Source: Candidatus Methylomirabilota bacterium
GTDB lineage: Bacteria > Methylomirabilota > Methylomirabilia > Methylomirabilales > 2-02-FULL-66-22
Direction: 5' to 3'
DNA length: 17,248 nt
NCBI GenBank assembly: GCA_016209725.1
Contig: JACQVO010000121.1
Span: 1-17,248, forward strand
A program made the translations under genes and the position numbers. Of the stretch, positions 14,656-17,248 are shown piece after piece; the first letter of the stretch is position 1, and each line of letters starts with the position of its first letter. Under the pieces are notes generated by a model. It was not told where the DNA came from. It did not search any database and saw only the letters and a program-made list of their open reading frames with translations.

Positions 14656-15594
14656 TCAGCCTCTGCTCTCCGGTTCGGCGAATGCCAGCAGGGATGGGGC
14701 ACACAGGAGATGGCCGGCCGTGAGGGCCGCGACGGTGCCCGCCAAGGTTCGTCCCACGGCGGTGAGGCCCGCCAGCCCCAGACGCGTGACGCCCCCGCGC
14801 GGGGAGAGCCAATCGGCCCCGCTGATCGGGGCGTTGTGGATGTGGACGAGCCCGAAGCCAGCCGTCCTCAGCAGGCAAGCCAGGGCACGGGCGTTCAAGT
14901 TGAACGGGTGGAAGATCACCAGGGCATGCAGGCGGTGCGCCAGTCGGGACGGGGTATGCCGGATCATCTCCCAGACAGCACGGTGAAAGGCCCCGTTGGG
15001 GATCCGAACCACCAGGAGCCCTTTCGCCCCAAGAACTCTGCGCACGGCTCCCAGCAAGGCGACCGGATTCGGCGCCTGGTCGAGGACGTTGATCAGGGTG
15101 ACCACATCGAATGCCCCTTCGGGCAAGTCGGCGTCCTCCAACGGCACGGCCTTCACCTTCAGGCCGTAGCGGGCCTGGGCCACACGGCAGGCTTCGATGC
15201 AGGGATCCACGCCGGCGATATCCCAGCCGATGGTACGGGCCATGGCCAGCAGGTGGCCCGCGCCGCAACCCACGTCCAGCCAGCGGCCGGGGGGCCGTCG
15301 GGGAATTCTTCCGAGAAGGCTGCGGAGCATGTCCAGGCGCTGCGCGCTGGCCTCCGACGCGCCGAAGTGCCCGAAGTAACGGTTCCGGTAGAAGGCCTCC
15401 TGCTCGACGGGGTCGGGCTGGGGGCTGGCGACATCGGCACCGCATCCCCGGCAATGGGCGAAAAACGCAGCGTCCACGCTGAAGCCACGGGCCAGATCAA
15501 CCCCGGCTCCGCACAGGGGGCAAGGGTCTGGCGGGACACCGGGGGCATCGTGTGGGGGCACGCTGACGGATCCAACCAAGGGTTTACCAAACAT
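14656..15594 (-). CDS. Class I SAM-dependent methyltransferase with N-terminal Cys4 zinc-ribbon-like motif
   Basis: CPLCG...(21 aa)...CRGCG, then LDVGCGAGHLL (SAM motif I) and FDVVTLINVLDQAPNP. Start set at the ATG at 15594 (MFGKPLVG). An alternative GTG at 15708 cannot be excluded. Confidence 0.75.
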   Translation of the reverse strand: MFGKPLVGSVSVPPHDAPGVPPDPCPLCGAGVDLARGFSVDAAFFAHCRGCGADVASPQPDPVEQEAFYRNRYFGHFGASEASAQRLDMLRSLLGRIPRRPPGRWLDVGCGAGHLLAMARTIGWDIAGVDPCIEACRVAQARYGLKVKAVPLEDADLPEGAFDVVTLINVLDQAPNPVALLGAVRRVLGAKGLLVVRIPNGAFHRAVWEMIRHTPSRLAHRLHALVIFHPFNLNARALACLLRTAGFGLVHIHNAPISGADWLSPRGGVTRLGLAGLTAVGRTLAGTVAALTAGHLLCAPSLLAFAEPESRG

Positions 15595-15805
15595 GCTGAC
15601 GCCATCGGTGCGCCCGTCGCATCCCCGCCGGGCGGTGGGCGGCCATCCGCATCGTCCTGGTCTGTGGCAGACGGATCGCGCTGCCCAGACCGTTGCCAGC
15701 TTCCCCACGCGGGAGCCGGACCGGGGGCCTTTGGGGGGGCTCCCCCGTCCCTCGCTTGTCCGTGGGGAAGGTGGCGCGGGTAATGATGTGGATCACGCGG
15801 ATCAT
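15584..15805 (-). pseudogene. Possible relic of a glycosyltransferase 5' end (73-codon ORF, only the first about 10 codons GT-like)
   Basis: The ATG at 15805 overlaps the upstream GT4 stop as ATGA. MIRVIHIITR parallels VVRIVHIITR at the start of the GT4 gene at 14653. The remainder is Arg/Pro-rich and unrecognisable, and it ends 11 nt inside the methyltransferase start. Confidence 0.3.
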
Positions 15806-17067
15806 GGGGTCAGACCTGCCGCTCTGGGCAGCGGCGCTGCAACCCGCGCTAGGTCCCTCAGAACAGCTTCAAGGCGGTCGATCGACATGTCCCAGGTGTA
15901 GTGAGTCTCCGCGTGTAGGCGGCACGCTTGCCGAAGGTGCAGACCTGGCGCCAGGTCAGGACTCCTTGATTCGAAAAAGTGGCGGAGGCCTTCGGCCATG
16001 GCCTCGGCTGTGGCGTCACGGAAGAGGAGCGAGGGGTCCAGGGGACCCAAGATTTCCGGTGTCGCCCCAACGGGAGTCCCGAGGATGGGGGTGCCGCAGG
16101 CCAGCGCCTCCACCGTGATCAGACCGAATCCCTCGAGTTGGCGGGTGGGCAACACGAAGACGTCTGCCGCTTGACAATAGAGAGGCAAATGCGCCTCGGA
16201 GACATATCCCAGGAACCGCACGTGGCCCTGGAGGTCCAGGGAGGCGCTGAGCGATTCCAGTTCGTTTCGGAGAGAGCCCGAACCCCCGATCAGGAGCAGA
16301 AACTCCGGGACATGCCGGCGCAGGATATCCAGGGCCCGGAGCAGATTATCCAGGCCCATCCGCGACTCGAGATTCCGCACCGTCAGGAGCAGGGACGATC
16401 CCACTGGGAGACCGAGCATCCTGCGTATTGCGTGGCGATCCCCCGCAGGCTGGAATCGTTCAGGGTCCACGCCGCCTGCAATCTTGATTATCCGGTCCGA
16501 CGGGATGCTGCGGTACAGCCCCCAGAGCTGATCAGCGGAGAAGCGGCTCAGGACGTGGATGCGCGTCGCCCGCTTCAGGCACGCCCTCTCGATGGCCCAG
16601 AGCATGAGCTGGATGGCCCGGCCGATGGGACCGGAGCGATGGTAGGGCGTCATCCCGGTGCGGCACATGTACTCCATCGGAGCGGGAGAGAGGAAGGTGT
16701 AGAGGCATGGAAGATCCCTGGCCGGATGCGATCGCAAGGCGCCAAAGCCGGAAAACGGCTGGTACAGGTGCAAGATGTCGGCGCCTTCTTCCGCCAGGAG
16801 CCGGGTGACACTTCGGCTAGCCTGGAGGATGGAGCTGAGGCAGAAGCGGAGTGGGGAGCGACGATCCACTGGAAAATGGCTGATCGGGACCCCTTCCCGT
16901 TCGACCGCATAGGTTACCCCATCCCCAGGAGAGCGGCTGAGGATGCGGATCCGGTGGCCGCGCTTGACCAGTCGGGAGGACTGCTCCCACAGAACCCGCT
17001 CCCCGCCGCCCGCGATGGCAAGGGGCGAGACATCGGAGATCATGAGGACGCGGAGGGCAGGGGTCAT
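15802..17067 (-). CDS. Glycosyltransferase family 4 (GT-B, Glycos_transf_1)
   Basis: RVLMISDVSPLAIAGGGERV N-terminus, and LIGGSGSL...FLGYV...VFVLPTRQLEGFGLITVEALACGTPILGTPVGATPEIL. The ATG at 17067 is preceded by GAGGTGA. Confidence 0.85.
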   Translation of the reverse strand: MTPALRVLMISDVSPLAIAGGGERVLWEQSSRLVKRGHRIRILSRSPGDGVTYAVEREGVPISHFPVDRRSPLRFCLSSILQASRSVTRLLAEEGADILHLYQPFSGFGALRSHPARDLPCLYTFLSPAPMEYMCRTGMTPYHRSGPIGRAIQLMLWAIERACLKRATRIHVLSRFSADQLWGLYRSIPSDRIIKIAGGVDPERFQPAGDRHAIRRMLGLPVGSSLLLTVRNLESRMGLDNLLRALDILRRHVPEFLLLIGGSGSLRNELESLSASLDLQGHVRFLGYVSEAHLPLYCQAADVFVLPTRQLEGFGLITVEALACGTPILGTPVGATPEILGPLDPSLLFRDATAEAMAEGLRHFFESRSPDLAPGLHLRQACRLHAETHYTWDMSIDRLEAVLRDLARVAAPLPRAAGLTP

Positions 17068-17074
17068 CGGTGGC

Positions 17075-17248
17075 TCACCTCAGCGTCCAGGGTCCGCTCA
17101 TGTCCAGGTACTGGCGCATCCACAGCTCGGCCATCATGAGGGTCCACAGGCGATCGCTGTGGGATCGGATCCCGGCCAGGTGCTCCCGCTTCAGGCTCTC
17201 CACCGCCTCGGGGACGAACAGGCCTCGGGTCCGGACCCGCTCCGGGGA
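17075..17248 (-). CDS. C-terminal 57 codons of an asparagine synthase (glutamine-hydrolysing)-like amidotransferase; continues off the right edge
   Basis: Hand translation of the minus strand gives SPERVRTRGLFVPEAVESLKREHLAGIRSHSDRLWTLMMAELWMRQYLDMSGPWTLR*. The H..D.LW.L...ELW.R tail is characteristic of polysaccharide-locus AsnB-type proteins. It is too short to appear in the ORF track. Confidence 0.5.
   Translation of the reverse strand, partial: SPERVRTRGLFVPEAVESLKREHLAGIRSHSDRLWTLMMAELWMRQYLDMSGPWTLR

Noticed and set aside
11971-17139. Long plus-strand ORFs (11971-13440, 13370-14986, 14710-15783, 15979-17139) antisense to the polysaccharide operon
   Set aside because: They are GC-rich shadow ORFs with no motifs and skewed composition. 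The opposite strand has GT4, methyltransferase and PHP signatures and overlapping start/stop coupling.

Overview
GC-rich bacterial window (about two-thirds G+C by eye, strong GC3 bias), with no rRNA, tRNA or CRISPR array seen. It has two parts.

(1) Plus strand, 1-7569. A very large 5'-truncated multidomain enzyme carries two CitE/HpcH-like acyl-CoA lyase domains and two MaoC hotdog hydratase domains. Next is an IS200/RAYT-type HUH tyrosine transposase bracketed by a 28-nt inverted repeat. Then comes a small four-TM membrane protein, followed by a third copy of the 28-mer with a decapitated second transposase 5' end. A DUF1059 gene lies on the minus strand. The block ends with a double-length VOC/methylmalonyl-CoA epimerase and an unrecognisable 370-aa ORF.

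(2) Minus strand, 17248-7596. This is a tightly packed, translationally coupled polysaccharide operon: asparagine synthase C-terminus, GT4, SAM methyltransferase, GT4, PHP-domain membrane protein, WbqC-like, PIG-L deacetylase, DegT aminotransferase, WecA/MraY-type initiating transferase.

The most unusual signal is inside this operon. Two gene junctions are occupied by small cassettes: one intact GxxExxY PD-(D/E)XK-fold gene with a vestige of a second, and one truncated four-helix-bundle (23S-rRNA-IVS-protein-like) gene. Each cassette is bracketed by inverted arms that are tandem arrays of degenerate 8-nt units. The neighbouring host genes borrow their stop or start codons from these arms.

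All family calls come from motif recognition by eye. No searches were run.
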